The notes beneath the pieces were generated by a model. The model was given only the letters and a program-made list of their open reading frames with translations. It had not been told where the DNA came from and made no database searches. Both the position numbers and the translations under genes were made by a program. Positions 8,957-18,534 of a stretch of 64,000 nt of DNA are shown here, piece by piece (position 1 is the stretch's first letter; each line of letters starts with the position of its first letter). This DNA is from an uncultured delta proteobacterium. GTDB lineage: Bacteria; Desulfobacterota; DSM-4660; Desulfatiglandales; HGW-15. The stretch lies in the NCBI GenBank assembly GCA_963702565.1, contig CAVPDE010000023.1, positions 52,601 through 116,600 on the forward strand, written 5' to 3'.

Positions 8957-10513
8957 TCATGCCTTCCGCATAACAGACATCTTCAGGGCCGAAGGGGCAA
9001 GAGACAAGCCGCCAAGGGCGGTGCATTTGAGCTCGGCCGGGAGCATCTTTCCAACCGCATAGACCGCATCAATGGTTTCATCCAGGGGAATGGGGTTGGC
9101 GTAACCGCCGAGAATAAGATCAGCGCATAGAAATGCCGAGGAGGCTGCTACTGCATTCCTGGTGTGGCAGGGAATCTCGACCGCGGCCTGAACAGGATCG
9201 CACACAAGCCCCATGGTGTTCTGAAAGGAGATCGCCGCTGCGTTGGCCGCCTGGGCTGCGGTTCCGCTTGCCGCTTCAACGACCGCAGCCGCAGCCATAG
9301 CTCCGGCTGCCGCGATCTCGACCTGGCACCCTGCCACTTCGGCAGCAAAGGTCGCACGGTTGGCTACAATCAATCCAATCGCTGATGCGGCGCAAAGGGC
9401 CAAAGCCGCATCCTGAACGCTCAACCCTTTGTCTTCAACGAGGCTCACCACAACCCCGGGTATCACGCCAGCCGAGCCTGCAGTCGGCGCGGCACACACC
9501 ACGCCTCCTCCGGAGTTGATGTGCATGACCGCCATAGCTCTGGCTCCGGCGCGGGCGTGAATTCCTCCCACGGCCAATCTTCCCTCCGCCTCCGCCTGCA
9601 AAATGCTCCTTGCAGAGGGATGAAGCAATTGCATGGGCGGAAGCTTCTCCTTGAGACCCTGATGTACCGATGCCCTCATGATCCCAAAGCGCCTTATGAT
9701 TTCCTCCATGATTTCCTGCTCGGGAAGGCCAAGGAGGGTCGCTTCGTAGTCTAAGGCTATCCGTCCAAGGGATAAAGACCGTGAAATCGCAAGGGCAATA
9801 ATTTCATCGGCGGTCGCAAACAGGGGTTCCCCCTGAAGAGGGAAGAAAACCGGAGGAGCGGTCCAGATGTGACGGACGCCTTTCAGCGCTCCTAACCTAG
9901 ACTCTGTTTGAGGGTCGAGCGCCGAATGAAGCTTGAGATGAATAAGGGCAAGATCCCCGCGAGCCTGACGCTCAGGAGGGCCGAGCGGGTTTCCGCTCCT
10001 GTTGATCAGTTCAAGAACGGCAGATTCGGTGTCTGCCATTGTCTCAATAAACAACTCGTGCGCATTCCCCGTGAGCAGGATAGGCCAGCGATCCAAGCGG
10101 ATGAACTGGAATGTCCCGCCTCCGATCGATTGGGCTGTGGTGGAGAGCGGCTTGCCGCTTCGGGAGACCATCCGAATCTCCACGGTGTTGGGGTGATCGG
10201 CTTCAGGCAAAGGCTCAGTGGTGAATTCTATTTTGAGCCCTCTTTCAGCGGCAAGGTCCAAAGCCTGGGGAAACCGTTCGTCCGTGATCGGCAGGCCCAG
10301 GAGTCCGGCCGCAAACCCGAGATCGCTTCCCTGGCGGCGATAGACCTGCGAAAAAGATCCCTTCGGGTCAAAAGCGAAGGTCGCGGATGAGGGTTCCTCC
10401 CCCAGAAGGGCGCGGGCAATCGTGCCGATGAAAAACGGCGCAGCCGTGTGCGAACTGGAAGGCCCGCGCATGACCGGACCGAGCACATCATTTAGAATGC
10501 TGATTGGTTTCAT
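8957..10513 (-). CDS. sdaA: Iron-sulfur L-serine ammonia-lyase family protein (single-chain beta+alpha)
   Basis: GPSSSHTAAP near the N-terminus. CAAPTAGSAGVIPG and GLVCDPV..EIPCHTRNA are motifs typical of Fe-S serine dehydratases. Confidence 0.85.
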   Translation of the reverse strand: MKPISILNDVLGPVMRGPSSSHTAAPFFIGTIARALLGEEPSSATFAFDPKGSFSQVYRRQGSDLGFAAGLLGLPITDERFPQALDLAAERGLKIEFTTEPLPEADHPNTVEIRMVSRSGKPLSTTAQSIGGGTFQFIRLDRWPILLTGNAHELFIETMADTESAVLELINRSGNPLGPPERQARGDLALIHLKLHSALDPQTESRLGALKGVRHIWTAPPVFFPLQGEPLFATADEIIALAISRSLSLGRIALDYEATLLGLPEQEIMEEIIRRFGIMRASVHQGLKEKLPPMQLLHPSARSILQAEAEGRLAVGGIHARAGARAMAVMHINSGGGVVCAAPTAGSAGVIPGVVVSLVEDKGLSVQDAALALCAASAIGLIVANRATFAAEVAGCQVEIAAAGAMAAAAVVEAASGTAAQAANAAAISFQNTMGLVCDPVQAAVEIPCHTRNAVAASSAFLCADLILGGYANPIPLDETIDAVYAVGKMLPAELKCTALGGLSLAPSALKMSVMRKA

Positions 10514-10547
10514 ATACAGAACTCCACGTGCCGCCCAACTTTCGGCT

Positions 10548-11588
10548 TCAAGCAGGGTCCGCTTTTGCGAGGTGGGCGGCCATGCGGATCGCCTGGATCA
10601 GGGACTGGGGGTTGGCACGGCCTTCACCTGCTTTCCCAAAAGCCGTGCCGTGATCCACGGATGTGCGGATAATGGGAAGCCCGAGCGTTACATTGACGCC
10701 GGAGAGCTGGCCCCACGTTGCCGTCTTGTCGTCGTACTGGAAGCCCACGAGCTTGGTGGGGATGTGACCCTGGTCGTGATACATGACCACCACGGCATCA
10801 TACATGCCGCCCTTCATCTTGGAGAAAATCGTGTCCGCTGGGATAGGCCCTTCGACCTGCAACCCCAAAGCACGGGCCTCGTTCACGGCAGGCAGGATTT
10901 CCTGCTCGTCTTCATATCCGAAAAGCCCGCCTTCCCCGCAGTGGGGGTTTAATCCGGCCACGCCGATGCGGGGGGAGCCAATGCCCAGACGCTTCAGTGC
11001 GTCGGCTGTGAGCTCGATCACCCGCTTGACTCTCGCCTTTACGACCCGATCGCACGCTTCCCTGAGCGACACATGGGTGGAAACGTGGACCACGCGAAAA
11101 TTCTCCTCAGCGAGCATCATGGCGTAATCCTTCGTCTTGGTCAGCTCTGCATAGATCTCCGTGTGGCCTGCAAAGGGATACCCCCCGGCATTCAGAGCCG
11201 CCTTGTTGATAGGGCATGTGACGGTTCCGTGGATGCGGCCTGAGAGGGCCAACTCGATGACCTTGGCCACATACTCAAAGGAGGCCTTGCCCTGCTCAGG
11301 CGTGACCTGCTTGTGGCGAAGCTTTTCCAGGGGGAGGTTGGCAAGATCCAGCACATCCACCGTGCCATGGGAGTAGAGTCCCTCTTCCGGTGCAGTGAAC
11401 CGGTGAATGGCAAGGTTGAGCTTTGTAAAACGAACCGCATCCGCCATGACAGCGGCATCACCCACTACCAGAGGTCTGCACAATTCATAGAGCTCAGGGA
11501 GGTTCAAGGATTTGGTGCAGATTTCCGGACCGATTCCGCCCGGGTCGCCCATAGAAATGCCGAGAATAGGCCTAGCGTGTTGAGCCAT
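10548..11588 (-). CDS. PdxA-family 4-hydroxy-acid-4-phosphate dehydrogenase (PdxA2-like by context)
   Basis: MGDPGGIGPEI, CPINKAALN, GLNPHCGEGG and VDHGTAFG motifs. Start moved to ATG 11588 (MAQHARPILG...), which overlaps the upstream gene by 17 nt. Confidence 0.85.
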   Translation of the reverse strand: MAQHARPILGISMGDPGGIGPEICTKSLNLPELYELCRPLVVGDAAVMADAVRFTKLNLAIHRFTAPEEGLYSHGTVDVLDLANLPLEKLRHKQVTPEQGKASFEYVAKVIELALSGRIHGTVTCPINKAALNAGGYPFAGHTEIYAELTKTKDYAMMLAEENFRVVHVSTHVSLREACDRVVKARVKRVIELTADALKRLGIGSPRIGVAGLNPHCGEGGLFGYEDEQEILPAVNEARALGLQVEGPIPADTIFSKMKGGMYDAVVVMYHDQGHIPTKLVGFQYDDKTATWGQLSGVNVTLGLPIIRTSVDHGTAFGKAGEGRANPQSLIQAIRMAAHLAKADPA

Positions 11589-12855
11589 GGCTTGGATCCT
11601 TTCCTGAAACGAGCATTTCATAGATTCGGACCAGTGCGTCTGAAGCGCCGAAGGCGCCGGGCTTGACGACCACCGGCAGACCGTGAAGAGGGCCCATGCA
11701 GAAGTACCCAAGAACAATACCCGGAAGAAGTTCCTGCTCAAGGAGGACAGCTTTTGCCTCAAGGGCTTTCAAGAGTGCAGAGGCAGTGTCACCGCCTGAA
11801 ACAAAGATCCCGTCAGGCCGCACATCGCGCACGATCGATGACACGAGCTCCACAAGCCCATCGAGGAGGTCCTCCCCGTAAGCCGGAGAGGGCGAAACAC
11901 TCGGAGCCTTGATTTTAAACACGACAGCCCCTGAAACCAGGCTGCCGGCGGCCGCTTGGGCCGCGTTCGAAATCCACGCCCTCCTCGCCGCAGAACCCAG
12001 GTCCCGGGGATCGAGAAAGTAGGATGAGCAGGAGAAGGATCGCACGAGTTCCAGGACCTGGACATCGAGAATTCCGGAAGCCGATCCACAAACAAAGAGG
12101 ATCCGTCTCCCCACCGGGTTGAGCAGAGTTCGGGTTCCGGCGGGGCCGGAAAAAAGAAGGGGAGAGAGGCTGGAGGCCAAGCCCGCGGATCCGACCAGAA
12201 GGGTCTTTGGGAATTGCCCGACCGCGAGGTTCGCCAGGGCATCGAGGTGGGCCTGGCTCGCTGCATCGAAGACGATGTGTCTGGCGCCCTGCCGGATCAG
12301 TCGCCGGACGTGGTCGCCGAGTCCCTCGGGAGGTCCCTCCAGGATTTCCAGGTCAACGTGGGCTATCGCATGGCGGCTCTGACGACCGAGAACAAGCGAG
12401 ACGCGCGATTCCGTCACCGGTGATACAGGATCACGAGCCATCTCTGTTTCGGCAAGAGGAACCCCTCGGAGATAATGCACGTCGTGTAGAACCGAGCGGC
12501 CTTGGGCAGGCAACGCAGGTGCGACAAAGCTCGCGTCAAATTCCAGGGTCTCTGCAAGGGCATCCAGTTCAGCGCCGATGTTGCCTCTGAGGCAGGAGTC
12601 GATTTTCTTGTAGATGCGACTGGGCCTCAGGTCTTTTATTGCAGCAGCCGCGGGCCCAAGCGCTTCAGCCGCTTGATCCGGCGGCACATTCCTGGTGTTG
12701 GTAGAAAGGGCAAGAGAGTGAGGCGCTGCCGGAAAGGGGAAGGAGCGGAGGTGATCCTGAGCGAGAAGATAGGTGGGCGCCTCTGCTCTACAGAACTGGA
12801 TGCCTGTGTCTGCAGCGCCCGTGAGATCATCGGCAATGACGGCAGCCCTCAGCAT
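11572..12855 (-). CDS. Four-carbon acid sugar kinase family protein (DUF1537; YgbK/OtnK/DtnK-like)
   Basis: N-terminal VIADDLTGAADTG motif and ~420-aa two-domain length are characteristic of DUF1537 kinases. Confidence 0.8.
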   Translation of the reverse strand: MLRAAVIADDLTGAADTGIQFCRAEAPTYLLAQDHLRSFPFPAAPHSLALSTNTRNVPPDQAAEALGPAAAAIKDLRPSRIYKKIDSCLRGNIGAELDALAETLEFDASFVAPALPAQGRSVLHDVHYLRGVPLAETEMARDPVSPVTESRVSLVLGRQSRHAIAHVDLEILEGPPEGLGDHVRRLIRQGARHIVFDAASQAHLDALANLAVGQFPKTLLVGSAGLASSLSPLLFSGPAGTRTLLNPVGRRILFVCGSASGILDVQVLELVRSFSCSSYFLDPRDLGSAARRAWISNAAQAAAGSLVSGAVVFKIKAPSVSPSPAYGEDLLDGLVELVSSIVRDVRPDGIFVSGGDTASALLKALEAKAVLLEQELLPGIVLGYFCMGPLHGLPVVVKPGAFGASDALVRIYEMLVSGKDPSHGSTR

Positions 12856-14141
12856 GAAGATCCCTTGGCAGTTTCCGGACCCAGGGGAAGCAGATCGGGC
12901 GAGTGGGTGAGCACAGTGAGACGGGCAGAAGTCCCTTGCCTTCTCAGGGCTTCCTCAATGGCCCATTCGATGCTGGGAGCATGGGTGTGTCCGAGTTTTG
13001 CCTTGTGCTCCGCCGGAATTCCGGGCGAAAAGGTAATGACCGAGGCTTTCTCTCGTACCATGGCCCAAGCCACGGCCAGGGCACAGGCGACTCCGTTCTT
13101 GAGTTCCCCGCGGCGATAGGCGGCTTTGATCCTGTCCGAAGGCCAGGAGGTGAAGTTCAGGAGCTCGGTGTGGACAGGGCTCACTCCTTCGGGAGCGGGC
13201 GTGCAGATGATGATGGTGCCGCCCGGCTTCACCATACGCTGGGCCGGGTACTGGGACTTGTGGGACTGCCAGAAGTCTAGGTCGCAGGGACAGGAGTTGG
13301 CCAAAACGATGTCCGGTGTCTCGTGGTACGGGACCCCGTAGATTTTTCGCGCCAGCCTCACGCCTTCACGAAAAACCGCTCTCATCTCTCCGAAGAAGAA
13401 CCCGGCCACCCGGCCGGTCGTGTCCATGACCACATTGAAGATCGTGTTCATGCCCACCTTGTCGGCCATGTCGTCCATGTCCTGCCGAACCGGATTGTCT
13501 TCATATCCCAGAAAGGAATCGCCCCCGCTTTCACAGGAGAGCATGTGGGTCTCGGCAGTGGTTATGGCCCCGCAAACGCCGGGCTGAATGATCTTGGACG
13601 AACCGGAGAAACCCGGGATGTGATGAGGCACAATGGCCCCCAACCCGATCACCACATCGGCTTCCGCGACCAAGCGGTTGACCAGGAGCGGTGTTCCGCG
13701 GCTGGAGGTCCCCAGGTCCACAAGCACGTCTGGATTGCGCCACTCATGGTTCAACACCCTGATGCGTTTGAAGACCGCAGGCCCCACCTTGGCGACGATC
13801 TCCTGTTCTGTCATGTAGCGGTGGGTCCCCAGGGCGATGAGGCAGGCGATCCTATGATCAGGCACGCCTGCCCGGTTGAGGCGACGGAGGAGAGCCGGAA
13901 TCATGTGGTCGACAGGGGTGGAACGGGTGTTGTCGTCGCTGACCAGAAGGACCCGATCCGTAGGCTTCACCGCGGTTTCCAGGGGAGCTTGATGAATCGG
14001 ATGGTCAAGGCTGTGCTCGATTTCGGTTTCCACGGCCGCAATCGTGGGGTAGGGCTTCGGGCTCAGGACCTCGGCGAGATTTCGGTCCGGCACTTGAAAC
14101 CGGTAGGGCTTTCCGTCAAACGGGATGGTGACCTCAGCCAT
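12849..14141 (-). CDS. LarA-superfamily (DUF2088) nickel-pincer-dependent hydroxy-acid racemase/epimerase homologue, copy 1
   Basis: LALGTHR, VPHHIPGFSGSSK and a His 16 residues after that Lys. These align with the L. plantarum LarA positions I recall as His108, His174, Lys184 and His200. Confidence 0.8.
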   Translation of the reverse strand: MAEVTIPFDGKPYRFQVPDRNLAEVLSPKPYPTIAAVETEIEHSLDHPIHQAPLETAVKPTDRVLLVSDDNTRSTPVDHMIPALLRRLNRAGVPDHRIACLIALGTHRYMTEQEIVAKVGPAVFKRIRVLNHEWRNPDVLVDLGTSSRGTPLLVNRLVAEADVVIGLGAIVPHHIPGFSGSSKIIQPGVCGAITTAETHMLSCESGGDSFLGYEDNPVRQDMDDMADKVGMNTIFNVVMDTTGRVAGFFFGEMRAVFREGVRLARKIYGVPYHETPDIVLANSCPCDLDFWQSHKSQYPAQRMVKPGGTIIICTPAPEGVSPVHTELLNFTSWPSDRIKAAYRRGELKNGVACALAVAWAMVREKASVITFSPGIPAEHKAKLGHTHAPSIEWAIEEALRRQGTSARLTVLTHSPDLLPLGPETAKGSSC

Positions 14142-14160
14142 GGAGCTCTCCCTGCGTCCT

Positions 14161-15432
14161 TTACATGAATGTCCTGGGCAGGAACGTGCTGAGCCATGGG
14201 AGGTAGGTCACGATGGCCAGCACGATGAGGGCGACGATGAAAGGCTTCCAGATGGCTCTGCCCAGGCGATCGATGGATATGCTGGATATTCCGCATACGG
14301 CGAAGAGGACCGCCCCCACCGGGGGGGTGATCAGACCCAGAACAAGATTCAGGCAGATGACGATCCCGATGTGAACCGGGTCGATCCCAAGGCTGGCGGC
14401 AACCGGCGCGAGCACGGGGGTCACGATCACCAGGGCCGGCGCTGTTTCTATGGGAATCCCGAGGATCAGGAGAAAGACGTTGATGAGCATGAGGATGATG
14501 TAAGGGGACGTGGTCAGCTTGGTCAGCCACTCGATCACGAGCTGGGGGATCTGGTCCACGGCAACGATCCAGGCAAAAGGCTCGGACATGGCAATGAGCA
14601 GCATGACCATGCCGGATTCCAGCCCTGCTTTGAGCAGGACATCAGGAAGGTTTTTCAAGGTCAACTTGCGGTAGATAAACCCTCCCACGAGGGCAGCATA
14701 CACCACCGTGATGCCGGCGGCTTCTGTGGGGGTGAACATGCCGCTCAGGATGCCGCCCATGATCAGGACCGGCATGAAAATCGCCGGAAGCGCCTTCCAT
14801 GCAGCGACAAGGATGTCTTTGATCGGCACTCTCTGATCGCGGGGATACTTGCGAACCGATGCCTCCCAGTACATGTAGATCATTAAAGCCAGGCCCAGCA
14901 GGATGCCCGGAAGAACTCCGCCCAGAAAAAGGGCGCCGATGGAAACATTGGCCGATACGCCGTAAATGATGAAGGGAATGCTGGGAGGGATGATCGGTCC
15001 CATGCATGAGGCGGTGGAGGTCAGGGCAGCGGCCACGTCCTCGTCGTAGCCGGCCTTTTTCATGGCCGGGATCATGACCACGCCGATAGCCACCGCCGTG
15101 GCCACGGCAGCGCCCGAGATCGCGGCGAAGATGGCGCAGGCGAAAATCGTGGCATGGCCAAGCCCGCCGCGAATGTGTCCCAGCAGCATGCGGGCGAAGC
15201 TCACCAGCACCGGCGTGATGCCGCCCGCATTCATCAGGTTGCCGGCCAGCATGAAGAGCGGGATCGCGAGCAGGGGAAAGGTCGCCAGGCCGCCGAAAGT
15301 GGTTTGAATCAGTGTCGTGATGGGCATGTTGCCGATGATCAGGGCATAGGCCAGGGAACAGCCGCCCAAGGCCACGATGATGGGGGCCGACATGCAGAGG
15401 AGCGCAATGAAGGATCCGGCAAATACGATCAT
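14161..15432 (-). CDS. dctM: TRAP transporter large permease
   Basis: Polytopic ~423-aa membrane protein with DctM-like sequence. Start moved to ATG 15432, giving an ATGA overlap with dctQ. Confidence 0.9.
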   Translation of the reverse strand: MIVFAGSFIALLCMSAPIIVALGGCSLAYALIIGNMPITTLIQTTFGGLATFPLLAIPLFMLAGNLMNAGGITPVLVSFARMLLGHIRGGLGHATIFACAIFAAISGAAVATAVAIGVVMIPAMKKAGYDEDVAAALTSTASCMGPIIPPSIPFIIYGVSANVSIGALFLGGVLPGILLGLALMIYMYWEASVRKYPRDQRVPIKDILVAAWKALPAIFMPVLIMGGILSGMFTPTEAAGITVVYAALVGGFIYRKLTLKNLPDVLLKAGLESGMVMLLIAMSEPFAWIVAVDQIPQLVIEWLTKLTTSPYIILMLINVFLLILGIPIETAPALVIVTPVLAPVAASLGIDPVHIGIVICLNLVLGLITPPVGAVLFAVCGISSISIDRLGRAIWKPFIVALIVLAIVTYLPWLSTFLPRTFM

Positions 15433-15920
15433 CGCGCCTCTCCTTCCGCCCTCAGACCGAGAAAGCCAAGAAACTCCTCCAATGTGAGAAAGAACATGAT
15501 CAGAAAGCCCAAGGGAAGAGCTGCATAAGGGAAGGTCATGATCAGGCCGATGGCAGGGGAAGTCTGTTTCCAGTTGTAAATGGTCTGGAAAAGCCCATAG
15601 CCGAACATGGCGCCGAAGAAACCCAGAGTTAAGACGTACATCGAGAACTTCAGCATTCTTGCGGTCGCAGGCGGAACAGAGTCCAGAACCGAGGTCATGC
15701 TGACCATGTACCCTTTCTTGAGCCCCACCGCTCCTCCCAGCATGGAAGCCCAAACCAGGGAGTAGGTGGAAACTTCCCCTGTCCAGATATTCATCTTTTG
15801 AAACACGTAGCGGCCGATCACCTCATAGGGGATGACCATGGCGATGACGGCCATGAAAAGGATCGTGCCCCAGCTTCCCAGTTTCACGAGCCATTCGTTG
15901 AAACGCGTGAGTGCGCGCAT
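15429..15920 (-). CDS. dctQ: TRAP transporter small permease
   Basis: 163-aa four-TM protein directly upstream of dctM. Start at ATG 15920 (MRALTRFNEWL...). Confidence 0.8.
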   Translation of the reverse strand: MRALTRFNEWLVKLGSWGTILFMAVIAMVIPYEVIGRYVFQKMNIWTGEVSTYSLVWASMLGGAVGLKKGYMVSMTSVLDSVPPATARMLKFSMYVLTLGFFGAMFGYGLFQTIYNWKQTSPAIGLIMTFPYAALPLGFLIMFFLTLEEFLGFLGLRAEGEAR

Positions 15921-16002
15921 TGAACAACTCCCGCCCGCCTGAACAACGAGGGTGCATGGGCGCCTGTTCCTGTGAGAAGAGAAGGCGCCCGCAACCCCCC
16001 TT

Positions 16003-16989
16003 CTACTTCGCATTCATGATGGTTTCAATCTCCGCCTTGGGGAACTCTTTGCTGAAGGCATCATAAGTGGGTCCCATCGCCTTCCGGAAGCTCTCCCGGT
16101 CCACGTCGCGGATGACGGTGACTCCCTTCTCGGTCATCTCTTTGAGCTTCGCCTCTTCAGCGTCGCGGTTGATCTTCCTCTGGAATTTGCCCACCTCATA
16201 GGAGGTCTTGAGGAATAGCTCCTGGTCCGCCTTGGGCATGGCGTCAAAAGTCTTCTTGCTCATGAGAAAGGGCGATGGTGAGTAGACGTGCGCCGAAAAA
16301 GAGAAGAATTTCTGGCCCGCATCCCACAGCTTGTTGCTGTAAATCACGGCAATCGGGTTTTCCTGGCCGTCAATAACCTTCTGCTGCAAGGCGGTGAAGA
16401 CTTCGCCCCAGGACATGGGCGTGGGGTTCAGGCCTGCATCCTTCCACGCGGAGAGATGAATCTTGTTTTCCATGGTCCTGATCTTCAGGCCCTTGGCGTC
16501 CTCTACCTTCTTGACCGCGATCTTGGAATTGGTCAGGTGGCGGAAACCGTTTTCCCAGAAGGAAAGGGCCTTGATTTGGGCCTTCTCAAAGTCGTCCAGG
16601 AGTTTGCGGCCAATAGCGCCGTCCAGCACAGAGTCCACGTGATTGAAGTCCCGGAAGAGAAAAGGAAAGTCCAGGATGTTGATGGAGGGGCTGAACCCTC
16701 CCAGAGGTCCGGTCGACGTGACGAGCAGGTCAATGGCGCCCTGCTGAATGCCTTCGGTCATCTCGCGCTCGCCTTTGCCCAACTGGTTGCTCGGGTAGAG
16801 TTTGATGACAATGCGGCCCTGGGTCCTTTCGTTGATCAGATCCGCGAACTTCTGGGCTCCCACCATGTAGGGGTGGTCCATGGGCTGGGTGGAGGCCAGC
16901 CTCATGGTGGCCTTGTACTGGGCCGACGCCGGCCCGATCCAAAGGACAACCATTACCACTGCAAGACACAACACCAACGCTTTCTTCAT
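16003..16989 (-). CDS. dctP: TRAP transporter substrate-binding protein
   Basis: Signal peptide MKKALVLCLAVVMVVLWIGPASA. DctP-family sequence including the carboxylate-binding Arg context (ENGFRHLTN). GGAGGAA RBS. Confidence 0.9.
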   Translation of the reverse strand: MKKALVLCLAVVMVVLWIGPASAQYKATMRLASTQPMDHPYMVGAQKFADLINERTQGRIVIKLYPSNQLGKGEREMTEGIQQGAIDLLVTSTGPLGGFSPSINILDFPFLFRDFNHVDSVLDGAIGRKLLDDFEKAQIKALSFWENGFRHLTNSKIAVKKVEDAKGLKIRTMENKIHLSAWKDAGLNPTPMSWGEVFTALQQKVIDGQENPIAVIYSNKLWDAGQKFFSFSAHVYSPSPFLMSKKTFDAMPKADQELFLKTSYEVGKFQRKINRDAEEAKLKEMTEKGVTVIRDVDRESFRKAMGPTYDAFSKEFPKAEIETIMNAK

Positions 16990-17134
16990 GTTCGTTCCTC
17001 CTTTTTCATCAATGCGGATCATTAATCGTCTTGAACCGATACAAACGCAATAACCGAACAAATCCACCCCGCCAGAGGCGGATAAACCTCGCCCCCCTTT
17101 ACTCAAGAGGGGATGGGGGGATTTTGAATGACTG

Positions 17135-17155
17135 AGCAAAATGATAATTCATTTG
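17135..17155. promoter_or_regulatory. Candidate operator palindrome inside the operon's largest intergenic gap
   Basis: 'gcaaaatga taat tcatttgc': the arms are reverse complements apart from one extra A. Confidence 0.25.
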
Positions 17156-17214
17156 CTGTGTTTGTATCAGCGTCGACAGTGCATTTCTCCTGCCTCGGCC
17201 CTTTCCACCGGCGG

Positions 17215-18534
17215 CTACCTTTCCCCCTTTTGCACCAGCATGGGAAAGGTATTGGCCCCCTGGGGCATGATCGTGATTCTCGGGTTCTTGGTGCCGCACT
17301 TCTCATAGGCCAGTCGCAAGGCTTCATCCATGGTGCTCACCGGGAGAACGCCGGCTTTCGCAGCCAGTTCAAGGTTTTCCCGGCGCGTGAGGAGTATCAT
17401 GCTGCCTTTGCGACCATATTCGATCTGTCGCACTGCCACCCAGCCCGAGATCAGGAAATTGGCTCTCACGGCTTTTTCCATTTCCAGGAAGGTGGGATAG
17501 CTGAACCAGTCAAAAAACTCCTTGGGGTCTGCGATGTCAGGGCATTCGGCCAAGGCCACGACCGCTCCGCCCTGCTTCATGGCACAGACGGCATTGTCGA
17601 TTGTTTTCTGGCTCTGGTACAGATTGATGTCCTTGGGGTATCCGCCTGCCGTGGCGATCACGATGTCGGCCTGCTCCTCGATTTCCACCCCGAAAATATC
17701 ATCTACCATCCGCGTGGCTTCAAGCCAAGCTGAAATCCAGTTGCCCGCAAAGATCCCCGTGATCTCGCCGTCTAGATTGGGGACCACGTTGACGATGAAA
17801 TCCGGTTTTGCAAAAGCCGCCACCTCCATCATGTCTTCATGGGCCGGGTTTCCCTTGGTCATCTTGTTGGCGGCAAGAGCGCTGGAGCCGGCGCCCACTT
17901 CCCTTTCCATGGCCCACAGGTGGCTCTGCTGGATGGTCTTCAAAGACGAGACGCCGGGCATGATGCTTTTCCGGCCTCCGCCGTAACCCACCATGTAGTG
18001 GTAGATCACGCCGCCGGTGAGGATCACTTTGTCGGCTTCGACCACAAGGCGGTTCAGGGAAACCTCCGTGCCCCGGCTGGTCCTGCCCAGGTAAACCATG
18101 TTCTCTGTGTCCCAGGCATTGTGATTGACCACACGGACTCTCCGGCACACTCCCTCGCTGCAAAGCTCCATGAACTCGTCGACCGTGTTCTGGCGGTGAG
18201 CCCCGACGGCTATGATGACGGTCATGTTGTCGTCGGAGACGCCGGCCTCGTTCAAGTAATTGAGAAGAAGAGGCAGGGTGTCCGCGTTTCTCTGCCACCC
18301 ACGGGTCACATCGCTCACCGTGATGGCAATTTTGTCACCAGGCCGGATCAATTCCCTGAGAGGCGGGCTGTCAATGGGATGGTCCAGGGCGTGACGATAG
18401 GCCGCAGCCAGATCCGCCTGGGGTTTGCGGTCGCGGCCCAGCAGCTCATTGAGAAGATGGGCTTTGGGGATAGAGAAGGAGACCTCCCCTTTCCCGTACT
18501 TCAGGGTAAAGCGTTTCTCTTTCACTTTTCCCAC
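17215..18534 (-). CDS. LarA-superfamily (DUF2088) nickel-pincer-dependent hydroxy-acid racemase/epimerase homologue, copy 2
   Basis: AVGAHRQ, IYHYMVGYGGGRKSIMPG and His 16 residues after the Lys (QQSH); also GNPAHEDM. GTG start at 18534 overlaps the panB stop by 13 nt. Confidence 0.85.
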   Translation of the reverse strand: MGKVKEKRFTLKYGKGEVSFSIPKAHLLNELLGRDRKPQADLAAAYRHALDHPIDSPPLRELIRPGDKIAITVSDVTRGWQRNADTLPLLLNYLNEAGVSDDNMTVIIAVGAHRQNTVDEFMELCSEGVCRRVRVVNHNAWDTENMVYLGRTSRGTEVSLNRLVVEADKVILTGGVIYHYMVGYGGGRKSIMPGVSSLKTIQQSHLWAMEREVGAGSSALAANKMTKGNPAHEDMMEVAAFAKPDFIVNVVPNLDGEITGIFAGNWISAWLEATRMVDDIFGVEIEEQADIVIATAGGYPKDINLYQSQKTIDNAVCAMKQGGAVVALAECPDIADPKEFFDWFSYPTFLEMEKAVRANFLISGWVAVRQIEYGRKGSMILLTRRENLELAAKAGVLPVSTMDEALRLAYEKCGTKNPRITIMPQGANTFPMLVQKGER

